A stretch of 64,000 nucleotides of DNA from NCBI GenBank assembly GCA_963754725.1, contig CAVWHV010000045.1, positions 26,117 to 90,116 on the forward strand. The letters run 5' to 3'. The translations under genes were made by a program, and so were the position numbers. This DNA is from an uncultured Planctomycetaceae bacterium (lineage in GTDB: Bacteria > Planctomycetota > Planctomycetia > Pirellulales > Pirellulaceae). The notes beneath the pieces are model-generated. The model ran no database searches, was not told where the DNA came from, and saw only the letters and a program-made list of their open reading frames with translations. Below, piece after piece: positions 21,684-29,637 of the stretch; position 1 is the first letter of the stretch; each line of letters begins with the position of its first letter.

Positions 21684-22695
21684 ATGTATCTGCCCAAGGA
21701 TCCCCTGCGGCGTTTCGTCGACATCTTCGAAGTCTTGAACGCCGAGCGGGGCTGGTTCTCCGATGCTTCGTCGCTCCGCTTCGCCGCGATGGCCGCGATC
21801 ACGTGCGAGGGAGCGCCTGCCAGCGTGGCGCTGCGCCCTGCGTGCCATCTCGGACGAACTCAAGGAACGATCGGGCTGGTTCGGCGAACTGACCGGTTCC
21901 TTGCGTTTCATCGTCGCTGCCATGCTCCTGCAGAACGACGACCGCCCGGCCGACTTCATGGCGGAAGTGGATCGCGTGCGGAACATGTTCCGCGAGGCTG
22001 GCGTGCGGCGAGGTGGCAGTTACGAAGTGATGGCGGCCTTGATCCTGCGGGGCCCGCACAAGTCGCCCGTGGTCGAGCAGACCGTGGCGCGATTTCAAGC
22101 GATCTACGAGGAAATGAAGACACATCACTGGTGGATTACTGGCGTGGCAGACTTTCCGGCCTGTGCGATCCTGGTCGGGCAGCCAGGAACGCCCGAGTCG
22201 CTGGGACAAGAAATTGAGGCCATCTACCAGGAGTTGCACGCCGTGGGGTTTAAGAAAGGCGACCCGCTCCAGACATCGGCCAATCTGTTGTACCTGGCCC
22301 ACGAAAAACCGTCCGTGGTAGCGGCCCGCTTCCTGGCCCTGGCCGAGACGTTTCGCAGTGCCAGCCAGCGGATCTGGCAGAGTGAGTACGACGAACTGGC
22401 AATCCTCTCGCTGCTCAAGCAACCGGCGGTGCATGTTGTGGAGCAAGTCCAGCGAATACAAGAGGCCCTGCGCACCTTGCGGCCGCGCCCCGACCGGTCG
22501 TTGGCTTTCAATCTGGCCTCCAGCATCGCCTTCCTGGAATGCGTGCAACCAGCCGAGCAGACAGCTGGCATCACCGATGCCAAAGCCATGCTGGATTTGC
22601 AGGCCATCATCAACGCGCAGCAGGCGGCCGTGATGGCCGCCTCGATGGCCGCGATAACCGCCGCATCGGCGGCCACCAACGCTGCGAGTGGTTAG
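21684..22695 (+). pseudogene. Helical-repeat protein, DUF4003-like (tentative), one frameshift near 21830
   Basis: ORF 21684..22217 (MYLPKDPLRRFVDIFEVLNAERGWFSDASSLRFAAMAAITCEG) joins ORF 21763..22695 (ISDELKERSGWFGELTGSLRFIVAAMLLQNDD...). An internal repeat pattern is visible. The C-terminus is an Ala-rich hydrophobic tail. Confidence 0.5.
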
Positions 22696-22751
22696 CGCTC
22701 GTTCAAGATTATCACTGCCAGTCCGAACGGAATTGCGAATCCCACGCCAGA

Positions 22752-24668
22752 TCACGCAGCGTCGGAGCAGGGCAGTTCTGAGAGCACTTCCAGGGGAATT
22801 AAAACCTGCCAACCGGAGGAGACAGGTGTGCCTGGGAGCGCATGGCTCGCTGGGCCGCCGGCCGCGCTGCGCATCGGAATGCGGCTCGTGGGCGCCTCCA
22901 TCCGCCGCTGGATCTTGCCCCGGAAAAGACGCCAGGCCCATCCCAGAGTACGCCGATAGGTGTGAAACAGGCCGCACATGCCCAGCACTTGTACACCGGC
23001 ATCCACGAAATGAGCGCGCAGCTTGCGATAGACCCACCGTCGACGTTTCCTCCAGCGGGAATACTGCTGAATTTCGTCCGCCGGCCGCATCTCGGCATCG
23101 GCGAAAGGAATCGTCGATTTCGGAGACACCAGTGCCAGCAACAAGCGCAGAGGATTGAAGAAATACGTGTACCCGGCCAGCAAGTTCAGTTGCTTGATCC
23201 AGGGACGAGGATGCTGCGATGCCACCACATAGTTGCCGTCCACAATATGGGGTTCAAGTTGTTGACCGTCGACCGAATCGAAGGCGCAGCCCGAGGTGTA
23301 GGTGTCCGCAAACCACTTGGAACCAGGCGAAGGAGTCAGCATCAGGACCTGCGTGAAGAGCGCTCCCGCTTTGCGAAGCGTCCTCAGTTGGTTGAGCAGT
23401 CCGTAATTGCTCTTCCAGGAAATCAGTGGCTGTGAGTCGTGATGCATCATCATGGGAACGGGCATGATCCCGTTGCTTCGCAGCAAGCGGAACGACTCGA
23501 GCGTTTTGTCTTCACTTTGCCCTTTCTTGACCAGGGATGCCGTGAGGTCTTCCACGCCCATCCAGAGCGCTCGCAGTCCCGACTGGCGAATGAGCGGCAA
23601 GTGCTCCTGCAACCGGAGGGTATCGTGCACCGTGGCTTCGGTGCCGTAGCGGATCTTGCAGTAGGGCCGTCGCCCCGTGGCGACTTTGCGTGCCAGCGTT
23701 TCCGCAATTTCCAGCGTTCGCTCGGTGTTATTGAAGAAGTTGTCGTCGGTTCCGAAGAAGTACGTGATGCCATAGGACGCAGCGATCTCGCGCATCTCCT
23801 CGGCGATTCGCTCGCCACTTTTGACACGATACTGCCGTTGGTTGTAGGCGGGAATCGGACAGTAGGAACAACGGAATTTGCAGCCGACCGTGAGCACGAT
23901 CGACGAAATGCGGCAGTGCGCACGCACGCGGTCCTCGGTCAGAGCGTATTGGCCCAGCGTCGGCTGGCTGCTGGGCGGTTCCAAGAGGCGGTAGCCGAGC
24001 GCAGCATGGGGCAGTTCGTCGAGGTTGTTCAGCAAGCGCTGGATGCCCGTGTCGACCAACTCCTCGGGAGCTCCATTGCGTGCAGTGGATCGACTGTAGA
24101 CCAGGCCAGCAATCTCGTCCAGCGCGCCACAGTCGCGGGCGCGCAAGAAGGTCGATCGCATCGACTCGTGGCTGCCTCGCATCGACAGCAAGACCTCCAA
24201 CAGACTCAACAAAACGTATTCTTCGCCCGTCACCGCCACGTCGGCACCCCAGGGGCGATCGGGGTCGGCGCTGAAGACCTCCCAAGGGGAATAGATGACT
24301 CGAGGCCCCCCCGCAATGATCAACGGGCGGATCGCAGGATCCATGTGACTGACCTCTTGGATCATTTCGTTGCACGGCGTCGAGTGGAGATGCATGCTCG
24401 ATACCATGAACAGGTCGGGAATGCGCCCGTCGAGACGCATCTGCGCAGGGCGGAAGTTCCGGTTCCACTGCTGCAGGACAATCCGTGTCTTGTCGAACCC
24501 ACAATCGAGCATCGCCGAGCCTATGGCGCGCACCCCCGCCGGCACCATCCGCGTGTCGGCGTAGATAAACGGAAGGATGCGCGTGCGGTGATCGAACGCA
24601 CATGCGATGACCGTTGCCAAGTCGTGCTGGGCTGACTTGACACGAAGACGGCGGCGAATGTCCGTCAT
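22752..24668 (-). CDS. B12-binding-domain-type radical SAM enzyme (638 aa), orphan
   Basis: Intact ORF. The N-terminal flavodoxin-like region (IIAGGPRVIYSPWEVF) precedes the radical-SAM cluster motif CKFRCSYCPIP. The C-terminal ~150 aa are basic and hydrophobic (NLLAGYTYFFNPLRLLLALV, WRKRRRWVYRKLRAHF). Confidence 0.8.
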   Translation of the reverse strand: MTDIRRRLRVKSAQHDLATVIACAFDHRTRILPFIYADTRMVPAGVRAIGSAMLDCGFDKTRIVLQQWNRNFRPAQMRLDGRIPDLFMVSSMHLHSTPCNEMIQEVSHMDPAIRPLIIAGGPRVIYSPWEVFSADPDRPWGADVAVTGEEYVLLSLLEVLLSMRGSHESMRSTFLRARDCGALDEIAGLVYSRSTARNGAPEELVDTGIQRLLNNLDELPHAALGYRLLEPPSSQPTLGQYALTEDRVRAHCRISSIVLTVGCKFRCSYCPIPAYNQRQYRVKSGERIAEEMREIAASYGITYFFGTDDNFFNNTERTLEIAETLARKVATGRRPYCKIRYGTEATVHDTLRLQEHLPLIRQSGLRALWMGVEDLTASLVKKGQSEDKTLESFRLLRSNGIMPVPMMMHHDSQPLISWKSNYGLLNQLRTLRKAGALFTQVLMLTPSPGSKWFADTYTSGCAFDSVDGQQLEPHIVDGNYVVASQHPRPWIKQLNLLAGYTYFFNPLRLLLALVSPKSTIPFADAEMRPADEIQQYSRWRKRRRWVYRKLRAHFVDAGVQVLGMCGLFHTYRRTLGWAWRLFRGKIQRRMEAPTSRIPMRSAAGGPASHALPGTPVSSGWQVLIPLEVLSELPCSDAA

Positions 24669-24989
24669 TTCACCCGGTGCTCAGCAGAATATCTCCGTCG
24701 GCGCGGCGTGGGAGCTCCATGGAAATGGCCCCGAATTGTGTTAGAGAAATGGTAGTCGCTCGCGATACCGGTCCATCGCCCGTGGCGGACAACCGGGGCG
24801 AGTTCAGCTCCAAAACACAGTTCAAGCCGCAAATTCTTGGCTGACCGCCCTCCCGACCTACGCGCCGACGCGGTAGTTGTCACAGATTATGGGTTTTGAG
24901 TCCAGATCGGGATTTTGACAGAAATTCGCGAGTCATTCGGTCAACGTGGGAACGTCGAACGCGTGAAGACCCGGAAAAGAGTGGGGTGG

Positions 24990-25015
24990 TGGCCAGGACA
25001 ACGAGCTTTCCTGGC
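24990..25015 (-). terminator. Candidate intrinsic terminator of the csp operon
   Basis: 8-bp stem ggccagga / tcctggcc with a 10-nt loop, about 85 nt past the small ORF stop. On the minus strand it is followed by ACCACCCCACTCTTTTCC. Confidence 0.4.
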
Positions 25016-25098
25016 CATCCGGGGGGACGCCGCCGACCCACCACCACTGAAGTTTTGATCAAGTCGCTATGTTGCCACGCGAACCTGGCAATTCGTGT

Positions 25099-25209
25099 TT
25101 ACTTGTTTTTCTTTTTTTCTCGTTTCAACTTTCGTTTTTCCATCGGACTGAGCTGGGGCTTCTTGCGATCTTCCCGCTTGCCTTTGTCTTTGCTTCCCTT
25201 GTCACCCAT
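25099..25209 (-). CDS. Small Lys/Arg-rich protein (36 aa), co-oriented downstream of csp
   Basis: Not in the ORF track. Hand translation gives MGDKGSKDKGKREDRKKPQLSPMEKRKLKREKKKNK, with GGAGAA 7 nt upstream of the ATG. It starts 45 nt after the csp stop. Confidence 0.6.
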   Translation of the reverse strand: MGDKGSKDKGKREDRKKPQLSPMEKRKLKREKKKNK

Positions 25210-25254
25210 GATCTGATTCTCCGCGATTGAGAACGAAAACCCCGTACAGCTCGG

Positions 25255-25452
25255 TCAGACCGGCTTGACGTTCTCGGCTCGTGGCCCTTTTGGTCCGCGT
25301 CCTTCGGTGTACGACACGCGTTGTCCTACGTGGAGATCTTCGTAGCTCACCCCTTCGAGGTTCGATGAGTGGAAAAACATGTCCTTATCGCGTCCCGTGT
25401 CGATAAATCCAAAGCCCTTGTCCGTGAGTCGCTTGATCGTGCCTTCTGCCAT
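25255..25452 (-). CDS. csp: Cold-shock domain protein (CspA family)
   Basis: 65 aa: MAEGTIKRLTDKGFGFIDTGRDKDMFFHSSNLEG. The RNP1 motif KGFGFI and the RNP2-like motif FFH are present. Confidence 0.92.
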   Translation of the reverse strand: MAEGTIKRLTDKGFGFIDTGRDKDMFFHSSNLEGVSYEDLHVGQRVSYTEGRGPKGPRAENVKPV

Positions 25453-25530
25453 TCGTCCAATCCCTCAAGAAAATGTCTTGCAGCGTTACCCGACAACACT
25501 TTGTTCAGGCGACTCCACTGCAGGCACGGC

Positions 25531-25560
25531 ATTGTATCGGGTAGTACGGCTGCAAAGCAA
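25531..25560 (-). promoter_or_regulatory. Candidate sigma-70-type promoter for csp
   Basis: On the minus strand: TTGCTT, an 18-nt spacer, then TACAAT. This leaves a ~75-nt 5' UTR. Sequence match only. Confidence 0.4.
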
Positions 25561-25600
25561 CTGGCAGCAGACGATTGTGGATAACTCCGCGTAGGGGGTG

Positions 25601-26070
25601 GAGTGGTGAAAGGCCGGGAGAAACAGCCCTGGTGATCGTTTTGAAATCTGTTCCATCGGTGAGCCTCTTCGCATCGACGGTTCACTTCTTCACCGCGAAC
25701 CCTGTGCGAGGTTGGCGGCCCTGCACCAGCGGTATGGTACCAGGGTCGGTATCGTCTGGCCGAAGGCCAGTTCTCACCGTAGCCTGGGGCAACGCCCCAG
25801 GAATGAGAGCACAACGAGATGTTTGGCCGAAGGCCATATTCACACGTGAGAGCCCATGCCACAGGTGAGTTTGGCCTTCAGCCAAACGTGTTTTTTGGCT
25901 TCGATTTCCTGGGGCGTTGCCCCAGGCTACGGTGATTATGGCCTTCGGCCAACTGCGGGATGTAACCGCTTCACGGTAAAGAGATGGGCAGTCAATGCGA
26001 ATTGGCCCATCAATGGCACGGACTCCGCAACGATAACCGGCTCAGACCTGCCCGGCTTTCACCTTCCCCC
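25601..26070. mobile_element. 470-bp palindromic composite (MITE-like): R(+) ... S(-) ... S(+) R(-), flanked by an exact 10-nt direct repeat
   Basis: Left end is R copy 25602..25700 and right end is inverted R copy 25956..26063. S units (CCTGGGGC-GTT-GCCCCAGG hairpin plus GGCCTTCGGCCAA) lie at 25757..25803 (inverted) and 25907..25953. GTAGGGGGTG occurs at 25591..25600 and at 26071..26080. No ORF is conserved between copies. Confidence 0.5.
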
Positions 26071-26223
26071 GTAGGGGGTGCCAAGCTCGCTACACCGATC
26101 GTCGCAGTTGCGTCCGAGCGCCGTCACGTTCGTCGGCGATGCAGGTTTCGTGTCGGCGAGCTTGACACCCCCTGCGGGATCGTGCTCGTGCAATTGCATT
26201 TCTAGCCCGAAAGCGGACCATCG

Positions 26224-26262
26224 ACAAAAAAAGAGTGTGCCCTGGATCGGGATCACACTCTT
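26224..26262 (-). terminator. Rho-independent terminator downstream of tRNA-Arg
   Basis: On the minus strand: AAGAGTGTG, a 14-nt loop, CACACTCTT, then TTTTTTTG. It begins 12 nt after the tRNA 3' end. Confidence 0.75.
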
Positions 26263-26273
26263 CTTGAATCCAG

Positions 26274-26347
<74 letters not shown>

Positions 26348-26578
26348 AGATTTGACCCCCACCGTGGCCGCGATGCTCTGCGTTGCCGGAACGTCAGCGT
26401 TCTGGCAGCGAAATTCGTGCCACACCAGGGGCTCGGACCGCTCTGTATGGTACCACAACCCATTCGGCGGCGGAACCCCGTTGGCGCACGAGATCCTGGT
26501 CGCCTCGTCGCCCTCCCGCACACCAGGCGGTTTCCGTCCCGTGTCCCGAGGCTGATCGTCGTCGCCGAGACCGGCCCA

Positions 26579-27154
26579 TCATCCCACCAGTTCGCATCGT
26601 CCGGCGATCTTCTCCAGGGAGCCCTCCAAACGCAACAAGCGGCGTTTCATCGGCAGACCCTGCGGAGCGGAAAAACCGCCCAGGTTTCCACCGGCGCCGA
26701 CCACACGGTGGCATGGAACAATCAAAGGGACGCGGTTCGTGGCCATGACGTTCCCCACGGCGCGGGCAGCTCGGGGATGGCCGGCCCGCGCAGCCAACTG
26801 TCCATAGGTCAAAACCTCCCCGCGCGGGATCCGGCGACAATGGTGGATCACGGCGCGCTGGAAGGCCGTCTGGTCGTGCGCGTCAAGTTCCACATCCAGA
26901 AAATCGTCTTCCACTGCGTCAGCCACCGACTGCAGTCGATGAATCAGGTCCTGCCACGGCCCATCGAGCGAACCAGAGTCCGTGGCTTGGCCGCCAATGG
27001 CTCTCAGCGCTTCGCGCCGAGTCGAGTACCCAAACACGAATCGCTGCAGGCTCCGCGCTTGCCAGCAGGCAGCCATCCAGCCAAGTCGGCTGGGAAAAAC
27101 TGCGGCGCGACGCGACGACGTCGGAATCCCGTCTCGGTTCTGCGAACGGCTCAT
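26579..27154 (-). CDS. ogt: Methylated-DNA--protein-cysteine methyltransferase
   Basis: C-terminal domain reads TYGQLAARAGHPRAARAVGNVMATNRVPLIVPCHRVVGAGGNLGGF, with the active-site PCHRV. The ORF extends to 27283, but the internal ATG at 27154 gives a typical ~190-aa length. Confidence 0.85.
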   Translation of the reverse strand: MSRSQNRDGIPTSSRRAAVFPSRLGWMAACWQARSLQRFVFGYSTRREALRAIGGQATDSGSLDGPWQDLIHRLQSVADAVEDDFLDVELDAHDQTAFQRAVIHHCRRIPRGEVLTYGQLAARAGHPRAARAVGNVMATNRVPLIVPCHRVVGAGGNLGGFSAPQGLPMKRRLLRLEGSLEKIAGRCELVG

Positions 27155-27429
27155 CCAATCGTTCCTCCATCCATCACCCGTTCGATCACCAGAACACCAA
27201 ATCACGTCCTGACGGACCGCCAGGGCAGCCGCCCTGGGGCCGTCCCCCGCGCGGATTTCCCCGCGAGCGAAAACGGCCCTCACCGGCAGCCCGGCCCGCC
27301 TCCCGCACTCCCCCCTCGGTCGCCCTCTTTGACAGCCTCAGCAGGGGCACCCTATACTGGTCTTGGCGCAGAGCGAGAGGTTGTGCGGACGCTCCCGGGA
27401 CGATGACCTTCCGATCGAGAAAAGGAGCC

Positions 27430-28179
27430 ATGCCGATGTGTCATTATGACACGCTGAGCGATGACCACTATATCAACATGAACCTGAACACGGAAATGGA
27501 CCTCCCGCAAACTCGCGAGAGCGTCCTGCATTTCTTTGAACAGCTTCAGAAGTCGCACCCACGGATGCGGAATTTCTACTCCCGCGAGCGGGGGGAATAC
27601 GTCCTGGAAGAAGAGAAGGACCGAGGCAGCTATCGATGGGCCACCGTCGAGCTGCGGCGAGTCTGTTCGGGACAGGTTAATCCGACGTCGATCGACGAGG
27701 CATTAGAGTTGCATGCCCGCGTGCTGGACATTATCCCCTATGCACTGACGGTTACACCCCTCGATTGTGAGTCGCTCAACGTGATGTTCGGGTTCGACTT
27801 CACGTATCGGGGGAACCACAACCAGCTGTTGGCCGATGCCCTGGGAGTGGTGCCGGCCTTTGAACGCCTGGCGGAGATTCCGGGTTCGTCGATCGTCGGC
27901 CACGAACCGTCATTGCAGTTGGCCTTGGACGACGAGTGCCGGGTCCAATGTCGCCTCAGTTTCGAGGCCCGCACGAGCGCGTACCATGTGCGGACTGGCG
28001 AGTACCCGGAAGAGCAATTGAGCGTATATCTGACCGCACGTCGCTACGGTGGACTCGATCCGGGCGAAACGTACATTGAAGTCATGCATCGACTGTCTGG
28101 CGTGTGTCGCCGGATCATCGACGACTGCGTTGCCGAACAGATACTCCGCCCGCTGCAAGAGGCCATTGCGATCAAGTGA
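27430..28179 (+). CDS. Conserved hypothetical protein (~250 aa), no family recognised
   Basis: Intact ORF with protein-like composition and high GC3. AAGGAG lies upstream of the ATGs at 27430 and 27436. The track start at 27403 is also possible. Confidence 0.6.
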   Translation: MPMCHYDTLSDDHYINMNLNTEMDLPQTRESVLHFFEQLQKSHPRMRNFYSRERGEYVLEEEKDRGSYRWATVELRRVCSGQVNPTSIDEALELHARVLDIIPYALTVTPLDCESLNVMFGFDFTYRGNHNQLLADALGVVPAFERLAEIPGSSIVGHEPSLQLALDDECRVQCRLSFEARTSAYHVRTGEYPEEQLSVYLTARRYGGLDPGETYIEVMHRLSGVCRRIIDDCVAEQILRPLQEAIAIK

Positions 28180-28262
28180 GGAATGAGCAGAGCGTTGCGG
28201 GGAGACCCGCGACGAGGAGCGACATCCTCAGAAAACGCGGGCTTTCGGGCACATTCTCCTGC

Positions 28263-29432
28263 TTAGCGGCGATCGTTCGGACCGCGGCCACGACGTCGTG
28301 GGCCACGCGGCCGGCTCTTTCCGGTATTGCCGTCGCGACGCCGCGATTCCATGTTGGCCGACACGATGACCGCCATGGCCTCTTCCCAGGTCGGGATTTT
28401 CTTGTGCTTGCCGCGTCCCGTTCCTTCGCCACCGCGACGGGCCTCGTCGCCCGACGCTGATCGCGACCCGCCACGCCCGTGGCGAATCGACGACTCGACT
28501 TCGTCCTCGTTCTCCTCGTCGTCGTCGTCATCGTCATCGTCATCGTCATCGATGATGACGTCATCCTCTTGGTCATCGTCCTCATCAGACTCGTCGACCG
28601 TGTCATCCGCTTCGGTCTCGATTTCCGCGCGAACTTCCTCGCGACGAGCCGGGCGGCGACGACGGCGACGTGGCCGGCGCCCCCGTTCCGAACTGGTCGA
28701 TTCCTCTCGTTCTTCGCCGGCGTCCTCATCGTCGGCCGACACTGGCGACTCGTCAGATTCGTCCTCGTCATCGACTCGGGCATCGGTCGCGGCAAGTTCA
28801 TCGGCATCGGCGGTTTCTTCTCGCTCCGGCGCTCCACTGCGTCGGCGGCGTCGACGACGACGGCGGCGCCCCGTGGTCGCATCCCCGCTGGCGATCGTCG
28901 CACGGTCGTCCGCTGACTCGCTGTCCACCTCTTCCTCGAATGCGGCGGCGTCGAGCTCGGCCTCCAACACTGGTGGCACATCCAGCTCCGCGTCGACCGT
29001 GTCGACTTCGAGCGCGGCATCCGGATCGAAGAACGATAGAGCCGGATCGCGTTCGGCGGATTCATCGCTGATCGGGTCCGGCTCGCGGGGCGGGGACCAT
29101 TCGATCGGTTTCTGCCACACTTTGGCCGGTGGCTGAGGTGCTTCGGTGGCAGCCGGGACCGGCGAGACTTCAATGCCGAGCTGACCGCACAGCGTATTCC
29201 AATCGCTGGGCGCTGCGCTGGTTGAGCGGGCTTCGCTTTGGGACGTTCGGCGGAGGGACTCGCCGGTTTGTCCGCGGCCGGGAACGTCGCCTCGGAACTC
29301 GACTGCGTCGCCTCGGCCTCCGGAACATTCGCCTCCGCAGGCTCCTCGGGAACGGCAGCCGCCGAGCAGCGACGCGATCATCTTCCAGCGGTCCCGTTTG
29401 TCCGAGGGTTTGTCTTGCTGCGAGTCACTCAT
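28263..29432 (-). CDS. Highly acidic, low-complexity protein with poly-Arg blocks and a poly-Asp run
   Basis: ATG 29432 (MSDSQQDKPSDKRDRWKMIASLLG) with AGGTGGA upstream. D/E-rich tracts are interrupted by RRRRRRRRRR and RRPRRRRRRP. The tail is KHKKIPTWEEAMAVIVSANMESRRR. The overlapping + ORFs are low-complexity mirror images. Confidence 0.6.
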   Translation of the reverse strand: MSDSQQDKPSDKRDRWKMIASLLGGCRSRGACGGECSGGRGDAVEFRGDVPGRGQTGESLRRTSQSEARSTSAAPSDWNTLCGQLGIEVSPVPAATEAPQPPAKVWQKPIEWSPPREPDPISDESAERDPALSFFDPDAALEVDTVDAELDVPPVLEAELDAAAFEEEVDSESADDRATIASGDATTGRRRRRRRRRRSGAPEREETADADELAATDARVDDEDESDESPVSADDEDAGEEREESTSSERGRRPRRRRRRPARREEVRAEIETEADDTVDESDEDDDQEDDVIIDDDDDDDDDDDEENEDEVESSIRHGRGGSRSASGDEARRGGEGTGRGKHKKIPTWEEAMAVIVSANMESRRRDGNTGKSRPRGPRRRGRGPNDRR

Positions 29433-29573
29433 GCGATCCACCTGCGTTCTCATGCCGGAGTCAAGCCGCGATCCACACTCTTCGGTGCGCATTATAGTGG
29501 CCCGGTCAGCTGCTGTGAAGTCGTTGCATGGCAGCAGGTTATTGCGATGTGGGAGGACTCAGCGGGCGCGAAA

Positions 29574-29602
29574 GAACGCGGCACCGCTTCGGCACCGCGT
29601 TC
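29574..29602 (-). terminator. Candidate terminator hairpin after the beta-barrel gene
   Basis: 8-bp stem gaacgcgg / ccgcgttc, 36 nt past the stop at 29638. The U-tract is weak. Confidence 0.35.
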
Positions 29603-29637
29603 CTTTCAGGTCTTTTCGTGTGAGGAGCGGCCGTCGT

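Noticed and set aside
23439-24635. 398-aa + ORF opposite the radical SAM gene
   Set aside because: Antisense shadow. The minus-strand frame carries the CxxxCxxC motif and has protein-like composition.
25856-26074. Small ORFs overlapping the repeat family: 25856..26074 and 43399..43635 share WGVAPGxGDxGLRPTAGCNRFTVK, while 6460..6693 and 25486..25674 share GSPMEQISKRS
   Set aside because: The similarity is at the nucleotide level. The equivalent frame in copy R1 hits a stop (..CNRFAVKR-TGA). Substitutions between copies follow hairpin pairing rather than codon positions. These are noncoding repeats.
28327-29136. 269-aa Ser-rich + ORF and the 333-aa minus ORF 28172..29173 overlapping the acidic protein
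   Set aside because: These are alternative-frame or antisense readings of the GAC/GAG/CGN low-complexity tract. The D/E-rich frame has a proper RBS, start and conserved-looking termini.
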